Assembly (NCBI GenBank): GCA_963805625.1
Contig: CAWDVE010000019.1
Span: 448,001-512,000, forward strand
Length of the DNA: 64,000 bases
Direction: 5' to 3'
Origin: an uncultured Candidatus Rokubacteria bacterium
GTDB lineage: Bacteria > Methylomirabilota > Methylomirabilia > Rokubacteriales > DASRDR01
Shown here: piece after piece, positions 1 to 10,203 of the stretch
Position numbering within the stretch: the stretch's first letter is position 1
Layout: each line of letters starts with the position of its first letter
Position numbers and translations under genes: made by a program
Notes under the pieces: model-generated
Seen by the model: the letters and a program-made list of their open reading frames with translations, nothing else
Database searches by the model: none
What the model was told of the DNA's origin: nothing

Positions 1-6
1 GAGCGG

Positions 7-717
7 ATGCTGGCCGCGTACCTCTACGTTCCACCGGGTGTCGGCCCATTCCCGGGCCTGGTCCTGAATCACGGGAGCACCATTCACCCCGGCTCGAGCG
101 ACTTCTGCCGGCCGGGCACGGCGGCAGTCCTCACGGCGTGGGGCTATGCCGTGCTCCTCCCACACCGCCGCGGGTACGGCAACTCCGAAGGACCCACCTG
201 GCGCCAGGAGGTGACGGCGGAGTTTGGGACCGCCGACTACGACGAGGGGCTGGCGGCGCGCCTCACGCGGGAGGCCGAGGACGTTGTGGCCGCGGCTGAC
301 TGGCTCGGGCGTCGCCCCGAGGTAGCCGCCGACCGGATCGGGGTGATCGGGAGCTCGTTCGGCGGCGTGATGGCGCTCCTCGCCGCCGCCCGCTGCCCAC
401 GGCTCCGCTGCGCGGTGGACTTCGCCGGCGCAGCGATGAACTGGGAGCGGACGCCCACCCTCCGCGCGACCATGCTGGAGGCCGCGCGGCAGCTCGCCGT
501 GCCGATCTGCCTCGTCCAGGCGGAGAACGACTACAGCACCGCGCCGACGCGGGAGCTCGCCGCCGAGCTCCCGCGGCACGACAAGGTTCACGCGGCGCGT
601 GTGTTCCCGGCCTTCGGCCTCACTGCGGACGAGGGGCATCTCTTCTTCCAGAACGGCGCGCCGATCTGGGGGCCCTGGGTGCGCGCGTTCCTGGATCGCT
701 GGCTCAAGGGGAGGTGA
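7..717 (+). CDS. Dienelactone-hydrolase-like alpha/beta hydrolase (may be 5'-truncated by the window edge)
   Basis: NHGS, PHRRGYG, nucleophile elbow GSSFGG, QAENDY and a C-terminal GH; paralog at 19701..20534. Confidence 0.8.
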   Translation: MLAAYLYVPPGVGPFPGLVLNHGSTIHPGSSDFCRPGTAAVLTAWGYAVLLPHRRGYGNSEGPTWRQEVTAEFGTADYDEGLAARLTREAEDVVAAADWLGRRPEVAADRIGVIGSSFGGVMALLAAARCPRLRCAVDFAGAAMNWERTPTLRATMLEAARQLAVPICLVQAENDYSTAPTRELAAELPRHDKVHAARVFPAFGLTADEGHLFFQNGAPIWGPWVRAFLDRWLKGR

Positions 718-1481
718 CGACGATGCGGGGCGCGTTCCTGGAGGATCTCACCTGGCCGGAGGCCGGCGCGCGCATCGCCGCCGGAGCCGTGGTGGTGGTG
801 CCCGTGGGCGCGGCGGCGAAGGAACACGGGCCGCACCTCCCGCTCCGGACCGACTACCTGGTTGCCCGGGAGCTCGGGCGGCGTGTGGCCGAGGCGCTGC
901 CGGTGCTCGTCGCGCCCGTCGTCTCCTTCGGATACTATCCCGCCTTCGTTCGCTACCCGGGAAGCCAGCATCTCCGCGCCGAGACCTTCATGGCGCTCCT
1001 GACCGACATTCTGACGGGCTTCGTCGGCCAGGGGGCGCGCCGGCTGGCCGTCGTCAACACGGGCGTCTCGACGGAGGCGCCGCTCCGGGTCGTCGTGCGG
1101 GACTTCTATGCGACGCACGGGGTGCGGGTCGCGGTCGCCGACCTGGCCACGCTCGGACGCGCGATCAAGCCCCGCCTCGGGCAGAAGCTGGGCGGCCACG
1201 CGGACGAGCTCGAGACTTCCCTCGTTCTCGCCATCGAGCCCGGCGCCGTGCGGATGGAGCGGGCGGAGCCCGACTACGGCCACCTGGCCGATGCCCCGGC
1301 GAACGTCTTTTACCAGCCCGTCGTCTTCGACGCGGACCCGGGGTCCGGCCCCGACTGGAGCCGCACCGGGGCGCGCGGCGATCCCTCGCTCGCGACCCGC
1401 GACACCGGCGAGATGGCTCTCCAGGAGATCACCCGCGAGCTCGTCGACGGCCTGGTCGCCCTCCATCCGGACCTCCGCTGA
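714..1481 (+). CDS. Creatininase family amidohydrolase
   Basis: LEDLTWPE, KEHGPHLPLRTD and GGHADELETS motifs; GTGA overlap with the upstream stop. Confidence 0.85.
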   Translation: MTTMRGAFLEDLTWPEAGARIAAGAVVVVPVGAAAKEHGPHLPLRTDYLVARELGRRVAEALPVLVAPVVSFGYYPAFVRYPGSQHLRAETFMALLTDILTGFVGQGARRLAVVNTGVSTEAPLRVVVRDFYATHGVRVAVADLATLGRAIKPRLGQKLGGHADELETSLVLAIEPGAVRMERAEPDYGHLADAPANVFYQPVVFDADPGSGPDWSRTGARGDPSLATRDTGEMALQEITRELVDGLVALHPDLR

Positions 1482-1560
1482 CCGCGCATCTTGACGGCTC
1501 ACGCGCCACGGTGGTCTATTCCTCCTGCGCGCAGAAACGGTCAGGCGCAAGGGAGCGTCG

Positions 1561-2346
1561 ATGGATCTCGGACTACAGGGGAAGGTCGCGATCATCACCG
1601 GCGGCAGCGACGGCCTCGGGCTCGCCTCCGCACGGCGGCTCGCCGCCGAGAGGGCGGCCGTCGCGATCTGCGGGCGCGACGCGACGCGCCTCGCGGAGGC
1701 GGCCGGGACGCTGCGGGCGGAGGGTGCGGCGGTCCTGGACGTGGTGGCTGACGTCACGCGTGCCGGCGACCTCGAGCGACTCGTATCCGAGACGCTCGGG
1801 CGGTTCGGACGGATCGACATCCTGGTCAACAACGCGGGCACCTCGGCGGCCCGCGGGTTCGACACGGTCGACGACGCGGCCTGGCAGGCCGACCTCGAGC
1901 TGAAGCTCTTCGCGGCGATCCGCTGCGTGCGCCTCTGCGTGCCGCCCATGCGGAAGGCCGGAGGCGGCCGGATCGTCAACATCCTGAACACCGGCGCCAA
2001 GACCCCGGGCGCGCGCTCCCTGCCGACCTCGGTGAGCCGCGCCGCCGGCCTCGCCCTCACCAAGGCGCTCTCGAAGGAGCTGGCGCCGGACCGCATCCTC
2101 GTCAACGCGATCTGCCTCGGGCTCGTGAAGAGCGGCCAGTGGGAGCGACGCTGGGCGGGTGAGGGGCGGCCCGGGACCCTCGACGGCTTCTACGAGCGGA
2201 TGGCCCGGGAGCGCGACGTGCCTCTCGGCCGCATCGGCGAGGCCGATGAGCTCGGCGCCCTGGTCGCTTTCCTGGTCTCCGCGCCGGCCGCCTTCATCAC
2301 CGGCGTCGCCATCAACTTCGATGGCGGGCACGCAGCGGTGGTGTAG
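1561..2346 (+). CDS. SDR family oxidoreductase
   Basis: TGGSDGLG, ILVNNAG, PLGRIG and DGG motifs; RBS gggag. Confidence 0.9.
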   Translation: MDLGLQGKVAIITGGSDGLGLASARRLAAERAAVAICGRDATRLAEAAGTLRAEGAAVLDVVADVTRAGDLERLVSETLGRFGRIDILVNNAGTSAARGFDTVDDAAWQADLELKLFAAIRCVRLCVPPMRKAGGGRIVNILNTGAKTPGARSLPTSVSRAAGLALTKALSKELAPDRILVNAICLGLVKSGQWERRWAGEGRPGTLDGFYERMARERDVPLGRIGEADELGALVAFLVSAPAAFITGVAINFDGGHAAVV

Positions 2347-2393
2347 CCCGGATCATCTACCGACCGGGACACAACTCGGGTCGGTGCCTGACC

Positions 2394-3614
2394 ATGTTCC
2401 AACTCGAAGAGATACTGACCGGTCTGCGTTACCTCGGCCAGATCCCCGGGTTTCTCCGTCATCCGCTGACGATGGACGAGGCCCACGCGATCCTCCAGCG
2501 ACGTTCTGGAGCGTCGAGCCAGCGACTTCCTGCGCTTGATCCGAGGGGCCTTGTCGGGCTCCATGGCCCTGGAGTACAGCCTGCTCGCGTCGGTTCCCGT
2601 GGACTGGTTCTCGCACATGAGCTCCAGCGCGCCGGGGCTACATCCCCGGTACCGCTGGAGCGCGCGCGTGATGCCCTGGGGAGGGCGCCTCGGTCGGCTG
2701 CGGCGGCCCCGCCCTATCCTAGCCTCCGTGAACGATCCGGGGCCGATCATGCGCTGGATCGCGCGCGTCCGCGACGAGGGGGACAGCCCGAGTCTCGATG
2801 GGTTCGTGAGCTCGGGTGTTCGCCTCTGCCAGCTAGCGACCTCCGAGGGTCTCGACTGGCGAGGCGTACGGTTCTGGGTGCATGGAGAACCCCTGACGAC
2901 GCCCGGCTCGACGCGATCCACCAAACCGGTGCGGAGTGCCGGGCACGTTATGGTACCGTCGAGGCCGGGCGTCCCGGCTACGCGTGTTTCGCGCCGGTCG
3001 CGCCGGACGAGGTGCACGTGACGCATGATCTCAGCGCGGTGATTCAGGTGGGGCCGGACGGAGGTATGTCGAGTCTCGTCTCCGGAGCGTTGTTGGTCTC
3101 CTCTCTGCGACCCACGGCGCCATTCCTGTTGCTGAACGTCTCGCTCGGAGATCGGGCAGTGCTCGACTCGAGGTCGTGCGGCTGCCCGCTGGAGGGCCTT
3201 GGCTGGACGATCCACCTCCACAAGATCCGGAGTTTCGAGAAGCTGACAGCCGGCGGCATGAATTTTCTCGATGCTGACGTGATCAGGGTTCTCGAAGAGG
3301 TGCTACCCGCGCGATTCGGCGGGGGGCCGACCAACTACCAGCTCGTGGAAGACGAGGGCAACGATGCACGACCCCGGCTGCGCCTCCTGGTGCGTCCGGA
3401 GATTGGACCAGTCGAAGCCGCTGCCGTGGCCGATGCCTTCCTGGCGGCCGTCGCTGCCGGTTCCGGAGTCGAGCGGGTGATGGGCATTTTGTGGCGGGAT
3501 GCCCGAATGGTGCGTGTCGAGCGACGGCCCCCTCTCACTACCGCGACGGGCAAGATTCTTCACTTGCACGGCGGAGGTCAGAGGTCGTCTGGGGTCGAGT
3601 CAGGAATGCGATGA
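2394..3614 (+). pseudogene. Degraded phenylacetate-CoA-ligase-like (PaaK/GH3-like) gene with two compensating frameshifts and a probable internal deletion
   Basis: Protein-like reading switches frame at ~2505 (LERRASDFLRLIRG...GEPLT) and returns at ~2898 (DARLDAI...YGTVEAG...LLNVSLGD...IRSFEKLTAGGM...GKILHLH). Confidence 0.65.
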
Positions 3615-6316
3615 CGAAGTACGTCTATTTCTTCGGCGCCGGTCGGGCGGAAGGCTCGTCCGTGATGCGGAACCTCCTCGGCGGCAAGGGCTGCGAGCTG
3701 GCCGAGATGACCAACCTCGGTATTCCGGTGCCCCCCGGCTTCACCATCACCACCCAGGCCTGGGTCCACCGGCAGCGCGCCGGCGGCCAGTGGCCGGAGG
3801 GGCTCTGGGAGCAGATCCTCGAGCACCTCGAGCGGCTCGAGGAGGTGGCCGACGCGCGATTCGGCGACCATGAGCGCCCGCTTCTCGTGTCGGTGCGCTC
3901 GGGCGCGCGCGTGTCGATGCCCGGGATGATGGAGACGATCCTGAACCTCGGCCTCAACGACGCCGCGGTGGAGGGACTCGCGGCGCGCACGGGCAACGAG
4001 CGCTTCGCGTGGGACTGCTATCGCCGGTTCATCACGATGTTCTCGAGCGTCGTGCTGGGAGTGAAGCGGGAGGTCTTCGCCGAGCACCTGGACGCCGTGA
4101 AGACCCGCCTCGCCGTCGCGGCGGATGCCGACGTTCCGGCCGGGGAGCTGCGCAAGCTCGTCCAGATCTACCAGGAGGAGATCGCCGCCCGGACCGGCCA
4201 CCCGTTCCCGCAGGACGTGCGCGAGCAGCTGCGCCTGGCCGTCGATTCGGTCTTCGAGTCCTGGTTCGCCAAGAAGGCGACCGAGTACCGTCGCATTCAC
4301 GGCGTTCCCGAGGAGTGGGGGACCGCGGTGACGGTCATGGCCATGGTGTTCGGCAACCTCGGCGAGACCTCCGGCACCGGCGTGGGCTTCACGCGAGACC
4401 CGCGCACGGGCGAGGCGCGCTTCTACGCCGAGTTCCTGCCGAACGCCCAGGGCGAGGACGTGGTGGCGGGTATCCGGACGCCGCTGCCGATCGAGGCCCT
4501 CCACGAGCGGATGCCGTCGGTGTACGCCGAGCTCTTGGAGATCGCCACACGGCTCGAGCGGCACTACAAGGACATGCAGGACATCGAGTTCACGATCCAG
4601 GAGGGGACGCTCTACCTCCTCCAGACGCGTGGCGGCAAGCGATCGGCGCGGGCAGCGGTCAAGGTGGCGGTGGATCTCGAGAAGGAGCACGTCATCGACC
4701 AACACACGGCAATCCTGCGTGTGAAGCCACTCGAGGTGAACGAGGCGATCCGCCCGGTCTTCGACGACCGTGAGAAGGCGGCAGCCATGGCCGCGGGGCG
4801 GCTTCTCGGGCGCGGGCTGGCGGCCGCGCCGGGTGCCGCGGTCGGCCGCGTCGTGTTCGATGCGGACCGAGCGGTCGAGTGGGCCAAGGACGGCCAGCAG
4901 GTGATCCTGGTTCGCCCGGAGACCTCGCCCGAGGACGTCGCCGGCATGTACGCGGCGCAAGGCATCGTCACCTCCCGCGGCGGGCGCACCTCGCACGCAG
5001 CCGTGGTGGCGGTGGGCATGGGCAAGGCGTGCGTCGTCGGGGCCGCCGACCTCTCGATCGACGAAGGGCGGCGCCAGTTCGAGGTGGGAGGCCGCATGGT
5101 CCGCGAGGGTGACGTCGTCTCGGTGGACGGCGGGGCTGGTGAGGTCATTCTGGGCGCCGTCACGACGGTTGCCGGCGAGCTGGGCGAGGAGATGAAGACG
5201 CTCCTCGCGTGGGCGGACTTCTACCGGAGGGGCGGTCTCGGTGTGCGCGCCAACGCCGACACGCCGGCCGACGCGGAACGGGCCCGCACGTTCGGGGCCG
5301 AGGGCATCGGCCTGGTCCGCACCGAGCACATGTTCTTCGCGGTCGACCGGCTGCCCATCGTCCGCGAGATGATCATGGCGTCCGACCAGGCCACCCGCCG
5401 CTTCGCGCTCGAACGGCTCCGGCCCGTCCAGCGCCAGGATTTCATCGGGATGTTCCGGGCCATGGACGGCCTGCCGGTGACCATCCGCCTGCTCGACCCG
5501 CCTCTCCACGAGTTCCTGCCGAACTGGAAGGAATACAAGGAGATGGTGGCCGAGAAGAGCCGCCTGGAGACGCTGGGGATCGAGCCCGAGGAGCGGGGAC
5601 GGCTGGAGGCGCTAATGGCGGCTGTCGAGAGGCTCCGCGAGTCGAACCCGATGCTCGGGCACCGGGGCTGCCGGCTGGGAATCACGCACCCGGAGATCTA
5701 CGGCATGCAGGTGCGGGCCATCATGGAAGCGGCCTGCACGGCCGCCGAGCAGGGTGTGCGGGTGGAGCCCGAGATCATGATCCCGCTTACCGGCACCGTC
5801 GGCGAGATGAAGGAGTTGTTCGAGCAGACCCGCCGCGTGGCCGATGGGGTGATCGCCGAGATGGGGGTGTCCGTCCCATACCTCGTCGGGACGATGATCG
5901 AGGTTCCCCGCGCGGCGCTCATTGCCCAGAAGCTCGCGGACCACGCTGAGTTCTTCTCGTTCGGGACCAACGATCTGACCCAGCTCGCCTTCGGCTACAG
6001 CCGGGATGACGTCGCGAAGTTCCTGCCGCGGTACCTGGACATGGGGCTCTTGCTCGCAGATCCCTTCTCGGTCCTGGACCAGGAGGGCGTGGGGGAGCTC
6101 ATCGCTCTCGGGATCGACCGCGGTCGCCGCCGCCGGCCGGATCTCAAGGTGGGCATCTGCGGCGAGCACGGCGGCGACGCTTCGTCGGTGGAGTTCTGCT
6201 ACAAGGTCGGGATGAACTACGTGTCGTGCTCGCCGTACCTCATCCTCGGCGCCCGGCTGGCCGCGGCCCAGGCCCGGATCAGAGACCGGCTGGCGGGCGG
6301 GACCGACCATCTTTAG
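3611..6316 (+). CDS. ppdK: Pyruvate, phosphate dikinase
   Basis: LLGGKG, VSVRSGA.SMPGMM, GGRTSHAAVVA (phospho-His), GTNDLTQ and GICGEHGG; ATG at 3611. Confidence 0.97.
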   Translation: MTKYVYFFGAGRAEGSSVMRNLLGGKGCELAEMTNLGIPVPPGFTITTQAWVHRQRAGGQWPEGLWEQILEHLERLEEVADARFGDHERPLLVSVRSGARVSMPGMMETILNLGLNDAAVEGLAARTGNERFAWDCYRRFITMFSSVVLGVKREVFAEHLDAVKTRLAVAADADVPAGELRKLVQIYQEEIAARTGHPFPQDVREQLRLAVDSVFESWFAKKATEYRRIHGVPEEWGTAVTVMAMVFGNLGETSGTGVGFTRDPRTGEARFYAEFLPNAQGEDVVAGIRTPLPIEALHERMPSVYAELLEIATRLERHYKDMQDIEFTIQEGTLYLLQTRGGKRSARAAVKVAVDLEKEHVIDQHTAILRVKPLEVNEAIRPVFDDREKAAAMAAGRLLGRGLAAAPGAAVGRVVFDADRAVEWAKDGQQVILVRPETSPEDVAGMYAAQGIVTSRGGRTSHAAVVAVGMGKACVVGAADLSIDEGRRQFEVGGRMVREGDVVSVDGGAGEVILGAVTTVAGELGEEMKTLLAWADFYRRGGLGVRANADTPADAERARTFGAEGIGLVRTEHMFFAVDRLPIVREMIMASDQATRRFALERLRPVQRQDFIGMFRAMDGLPVTIRLLDPPLHEFLPNWKEYKEMVAEKSRLETLGIEPEERGRLEALMAAVERLRESNPMLGHRGCRLGITHPEIYGMQVRAIMEAACTAAEQGVRVEPEIMIPLTGTVGEMKELFEQTRRVADGVIAEMGVSVPYLVGTMIEVPRAALIAQKLADHAEFFSFGTNDLTQLAFGYSRDDVAKFLPRYLDMGLLLADPFSVLDQEGVGELIALGIDRGRRRRPDLKVGICGEHGGDASSVEFCYKVGMNYVSCSPYLILGARLAAAQARIRDRLAGGTDHL

Positions 6317-6369
6317 GCCGCCCGGGCTCGTCCCGTCGAGGGCCGGCGTCTCCTCGCTCTCGTGACCGG

Positions 6370-7410
6370 ATGACCGTCCGCTTCGGGCTGAGCGTTCCGA
6401 ACCGGGGCGTCGTCATCGGGGCCGGGAGCCCGAAGGACCTGGTCGCGATGTGCGAGGCGGCCGACGCCTCGGAGCTCTTCGACGCCGTCTTCACCGGCGA
6501 CAACCTGATCTCGAAGCCCCGGATCGACGCGATCGTGTTCCTCTCGCTCGTCGCGGGGCGGACCCGCCGCGTGACCCTCGGCACCGCCTGCATGGCGAGC
6601 TTCGTCTTCCGCCACCCGATCGTGCTCGCCAACCAGTGGGCTGCCCTCGACCTCCTGAGCGACGGCCGGACCCTCCTCGTCGCCTGCATCGGGGGCGGGC
6701 CGGACACTCGCCGCGGGCCGCCTTCGCCGAGCGGGGCGAAGTGGGAGACCGAGTTCGCCGCCATGGGAACGCCCGTCGCCGAGCGCGTCGGCCGGATGGT
6801 CGAGGGGATGGCAATCCTGCGCGCGCTGTGGACCGGCGAGGCCGTCACCCACTACGGCCGCTTCTACCGGTTCGACGACGTGCGGCTCCACGTCACACCG
6901 GTCCAGGAGCCCTGTCCCATCGCGATCGCGTCGAACCCCCGGCCGCCGCACGCGGATGAGGCGACGATCGACCGTGCGCTCCGGCGCGTGGGGGAGATCG
7001 GCGACGGGTGGCAGGTCGAGATGAGCACGCCCGAGGAGTTCGGCGGGCGCTGGACGCGGATCCGTGAGCACGCGCGGGCGGTTGGGCGGAGCCCGCTCCC
7101 CGACACCTCGATGATCCATTTCTACGTGAACGTCCAGGACCGGAGCCAGGCCGCCTTCGCCGAGGCGCGCCGCTTCTACGAGGCTTATCACCTTGGAACG
7201 TTCCCCGAGGACTATCTCCGGTGGCGCCTCGTCACCGGCACGCCGGCGGAGGTGACCGAGCGCCTCGCCGGCTTCCTCGACGCCGGCTGCACGCTGCCGA
7301 TCCTCCGGTTCGCGAGCTGGGACCCGATGGACCAGATGCGGCGGGCGATGGCTACCGTGCTGCCGGCCCTGCGCGACCACGCCGCCCGCTTGCGAGTGCC
7401 GATGTCTTGA
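6370..7410 (+). CDS. LLM-class (luciferase-like) flavin-dependent oxidoreductase
   Basis: FDAVFTGD, RTRRVTLGT, LDLLSDGR and GRFYRFDDV motifs. Confidence 0.88.
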   Translation: MTVRFGLSVPNRGVVIGAGSPKDLVAMCEAADASELFDAVFTGDNLISKPRIDAIVFLSLVAGRTRRVTLGTACMASFVFRHPIVLANQWAALDLLSDGRTLLVACIGGGPDTRRGPPSPSGAKWETEFAAMGTPVAERVGRMVEGMAILRALWTGEAVTHYGRFYRFDDVRLHVTPVQEPCPIAIASNPRPPHADEATIDRALRRVGEIGDGWQVEMSTPEEFGGRWTRIREHARAVGRSPLPDTSMIHFYVNVQDRSQAAFAEARRFYEAYHLGTFPEDYLRWRLVTGTPAEVTERLAGFLDAGCTLPILRFASWDPMDQMRRAMATVLPALRDHAARLRVPMS

Positions 7411-7482
7411 CTTGGCGAGAGTGGTTCTGGCCCGCCGTTCCGTCATCTGGCGCATACTGCGCCTCGGTAGAAGGAGGCCGCT

Positions 7483-8310
7483 ATGTCTAGCACAGCGCAA
7501 GGTTCGATAGCTTCCCTGTGGCGATACCCGGTGAAGTCAATGCTCGGAGAAGAGTGTAGCGCGACCGAGGTGATGGAACGCGGACTGCTCGGCGATCGGG
7601 CGTACGCTCTCGTGGACAGCGCCGACGGCAAGGCCGCGACTGCCAAGAACCCGAGGAAGTGGCCGACGCTTTTCGGCTTCCGCGCCACGTTCGTCGAGCC
7701 GCCACGCTCCGGGGCGACGATGCCGCCCGTCCGCATCACCCTGCCGGATGGCACCGCGACGACGAATCGGCAGCCGGATGTCAACCAGGTCCTCTCGAGA
7801 GCGCTCGGCCGCACGGTGATGCTGACTGCCGCCGGCCGTGGCGACGCGGGGACCGTGAATGCGGAGGAGTACTGGCCCGACATGGAGGGGCTCGAGCACC
7901 GGGACACCGTCACCGACTTCACGCTTCCCGAGGGGACATTCTTCGACTGTGCCACGGTGCATCTGCTGACGACGGCCACGCTCGACCGGCTCCAGCAGCT
8001 CTACCCGTCAGGGCGCTTCGAGGTCCCGCGCTTTCGCCCCAACATCGTGGTCACGCCAGCCTCGGGTCAGAAGGATTTCGTCGAGAACGCCTGGGTAGGC
8101 CACACGCTCGCGATCGGAGATGTCGTCCGCCTGAGCGTCACCGGACCCTGCGTCCGCTGCGTCATGACGACCCTGGCCCAAGGGGACCTGCCACGGGATC
8201 CGGGCATCCTGCGCACGGCCGCCCAGCACAACAAGGTCAGCGTCGGGGTCTACGCGACCGTCGAGCGCAGCGGGACGATTCGTCAGGGGGATGCGATCCG
8301 AGTCGAGTAA
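7483..8310 (+). CDS. MOSC domain molybdoprotein (mARC/YcbX-like)
   Basis: RYPVKSMLGE, GDRAYAL, RFRPNIVV and PCVRCVMTT (Moco Cys); RBS aaggagg. Confidence 0.9.
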   Translation: MSSTAQGSIASLWRYPVKSMLGEECSATEVMERGLLGDRAYALVDSADGKAATAKNPRKWPTLFGFRATFVEPPRSGATMPPVRITLPDGTATTNRQPDVNQVLSRALGRTVMLTAAGRGDAGTVNAEEYWPDMEGLEHRDTVTDFTLPEGTFFDCATVHLLTTATLDRLQQLYPSGRFEVPRFRPNIVVTPASGQKDFVENAWVGHTLAIGDVVRLSVTGPCVRCVMTTLAQGDLPRDPGILRTAAQHNKVSVGVYATVERSGTIRQGDAIRVE

Positions 8311-8350
8311 GAGTGCCGAGCGCTGCTGTCGCTGGTTTCCAACTGTCTCG

Positions 8351-8752
8351 ATGGACGGAGGATCACACATTACTCCATCGCTCTACGAACGACTGGGCGG
8401 CGTCTATTCCATCGCGGCTGTCGTCGACGACTTCATCGATCGCGTCATGGACAACCCACGACTGAACGCGAATCCGAAGGTCGACGAAGCGCATCATCGA
8501 GTCTCGCGCGCCGGTTTCAAGTACCTCGTGACCGAGATGGTGTGCTGGGCGGCCGGGGGTCCGCAGCGATACAGTGGCCGTTCCATGCTCGACACTCACG
8601 CGCAGCTGGCGATCACCGAGGATGAGTGGCAGGTCTTTGTGTCGGACTTCCGGGCGTGCCTGGCGAAATTCGCCGTTCCTCAGGCCGAGCAAGCCGAGCT
8701 CTTAGCGATCGTGGACAGCACGAAGAAGGACATCGTCCGCCCGGCCGGCTAG
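8351..8752 (+). CDS. Group I truncated haemoglobin
   Basis: SLYERLGG, GGPQRYSGRSM, proximal His in THAQLAIT, KKDIV C-terminus. Confidence 0.88.
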   Translation: MDGGSHITPSLYERLGGVYSIAAVVDDFIDRVMDNPRLNANPKVDEAHHRVSRAGFKYLVTEMVCWAAGGPQRYSGRSMLDTHAQLAITEDEWQVFVSDFRACLAKFAVPQAEQAELLAIVDSTKKDIVRPAG

Positions 8753-9339
8753 GCGCCGGAGCCGAGCCGCGCCTCGAGGCGGGCCTTCACCGCCGGCCAC
8801 TCCGTGTCGAGGATCGAGTAGTACACGGTGTCGCGCTGATAGCCGCGCACGTTCATGTGCTTGCGGAGCACGCCCTCGCGCACGGCGCCGAGTCGCTCGA
8901 TGGCGGTCTGCGAGCGCGTGTTACGGCCGTCCGTCTTGAGCGCCACCCGGACGCAGCCCAGCGACTCGAAGCAGTGCCGGAGGAGGAGGTACTTCGCCTC
9001 GGTGTTCGCCGGCGTCCGCCAGTAGGCGCGGGCGAGGAACGTGCTGCCGATCTCGATCTGCCGGTCCTTCGGCCTGATGTCGAGGAACCGGGTCGATCCG
9101 ATCGCGGTGCCGCTCACGTTCCAGATCTGCGCGAAGGCGACGCACTGGCCGCGGGCCATCAGCTCCAGCGCGTCGCGGATGAGGGCGCGAGTCTCGTCGA
9201 GGGCGGCCGGCGGGGGCCAGGCGAGGTAGCGGCAGACGTCCTCGTCGCGCATGGCGTCGAAGAGGCCCGCCGCGTGGCGCTCGTCGAGGGGCTCGAGCGT
9301 GACGTGGCGGCCTCTGAGGGTGACGGGTCCGATCTCCAT
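8749..9339 (-). CDS. GNAT (RimJ/RimL-type) N-acetyltransferase
   Basis: IEIGSTFL, NTEAKYLLL, RLGAVREGVLR and RDTVYYSIL motifs. Confidence 0.9.
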   Translation of the reverse strand: MEIGPVTLRGRHVTLEPLDERHAAGLFDAMRDEDVCRYLAWPPPAALDETRALIRDALELMARGQCVAFAQIWNVSGTAIGSTRFLDIRPKDRQIEIGSTFLARAYWRTPANTEAKYLLLRHCFESLGCVRVALKTDGRNTRSQTAIERLGAVREGVLRKHMNVRGYQRDTVYYSILDTEWPAVKARLEARLGSGA

Positions 9340-9506
9340 CGCCGATCCTCCTGGGTGCCGGGGGAGCCTGGGTCTCGGAGGGAACCTCCGGGGCGCCACC
9401 GGTCTCCGGGCGGAAGGCTAGGGCGCCTGGTGGCGCTCTCGCAAGGACCAGCCAGACGCGGGTGACGGGGCCACTTTGCCGCAGCCCGGTCCCGGCCGGC
9501 CGATCA

Positions 9507-10196
9507 CTACGGCCGTTCGGGGCAGACGCGGAACGCCCCGTAGTCGCCGACGGCGCGGGTCCGCGTCTGGTCCGCGTCGGTGAGGATCGCGACGCCCCGC
9601 GCCCGGCCGGGCGCCTCGCCGTACAGCCGCTCGTAGTCCCGCCGCACGTTGGCGGTCTCGGTGACCCAGTCCTCGTCGGGCGGCGGGCCGGAGCGAAGCA
9701 CGATCGCTCGGGCGCGGCTGGTCGAGAGCGTCATCCCGGCCGGCACCAGGCGGCTCCACACGTACTTGACGGCTCGGCTGAGGGCCTGGGTGCTCCCGAA
9801 CACCGCGTACACGGCCAGCGGGCTGTCGTTCCGGCCTGGATCGCGCTCGTCGGAGCCCGTGGGGAAGACCCGAGGTCTCCAGCGCCAGGTCAGGACTGGC
9901 TCCCGGGCCATGTCCCAGGGAAACTCCCGTCCCATCTGGGAGCCGGTGGCCTCGGCGGTCCCGCGCACGAACCGGATACCCGCCTCGGCCACGACCCGGT
10001 ACGTCGCCCGGGCGGCCTCGTCGCGAGGCTGCCAGCCGGCCGGGAACTCCCCGACAGCTGCATCCCTGTAGTCGACGACCACGCGGCAGCCGTTGGCCGG
10101 TGCCTGGGTGGCGGAGGACTGGGCTTGGGCGCCGGGCGTCAGGAGCCCGATCAGCAGCAGGAGGACGGCGTGACCCACCCGGTGCGGGCGGATCAC
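9507..10196 (-). CDS. DUF3047-like secreted protein
   Basis: Signal peptide; LTWRW, D.PLAVYAVF, KYVWS, NVRRDY..LYG and ILTDAD motifs. Confidence 0.8.
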   Translation of the reverse strand: MIRPHRVGHAVLLLLIGLLTPGAQAQSSATQAPANGCRVVVDYRDAAVGEFPAGWQPRDEAARATYRVVAEAGIRFVRGTAEATGSQMGREFPWDMAREPVLTWRWRPRVFPTGSDERDPGRNDSPLAVYAVFGSTQALSRAVKYVWSRLVPAGMTLSTSRARAIVLRSGPPPDEDWVTETANVRRDYERLYGEAPGRARGVAILTDADQTRTRAVGDYGAFRVCPERP

Positions 10197-10203
10197 GGCT
10201 CCG

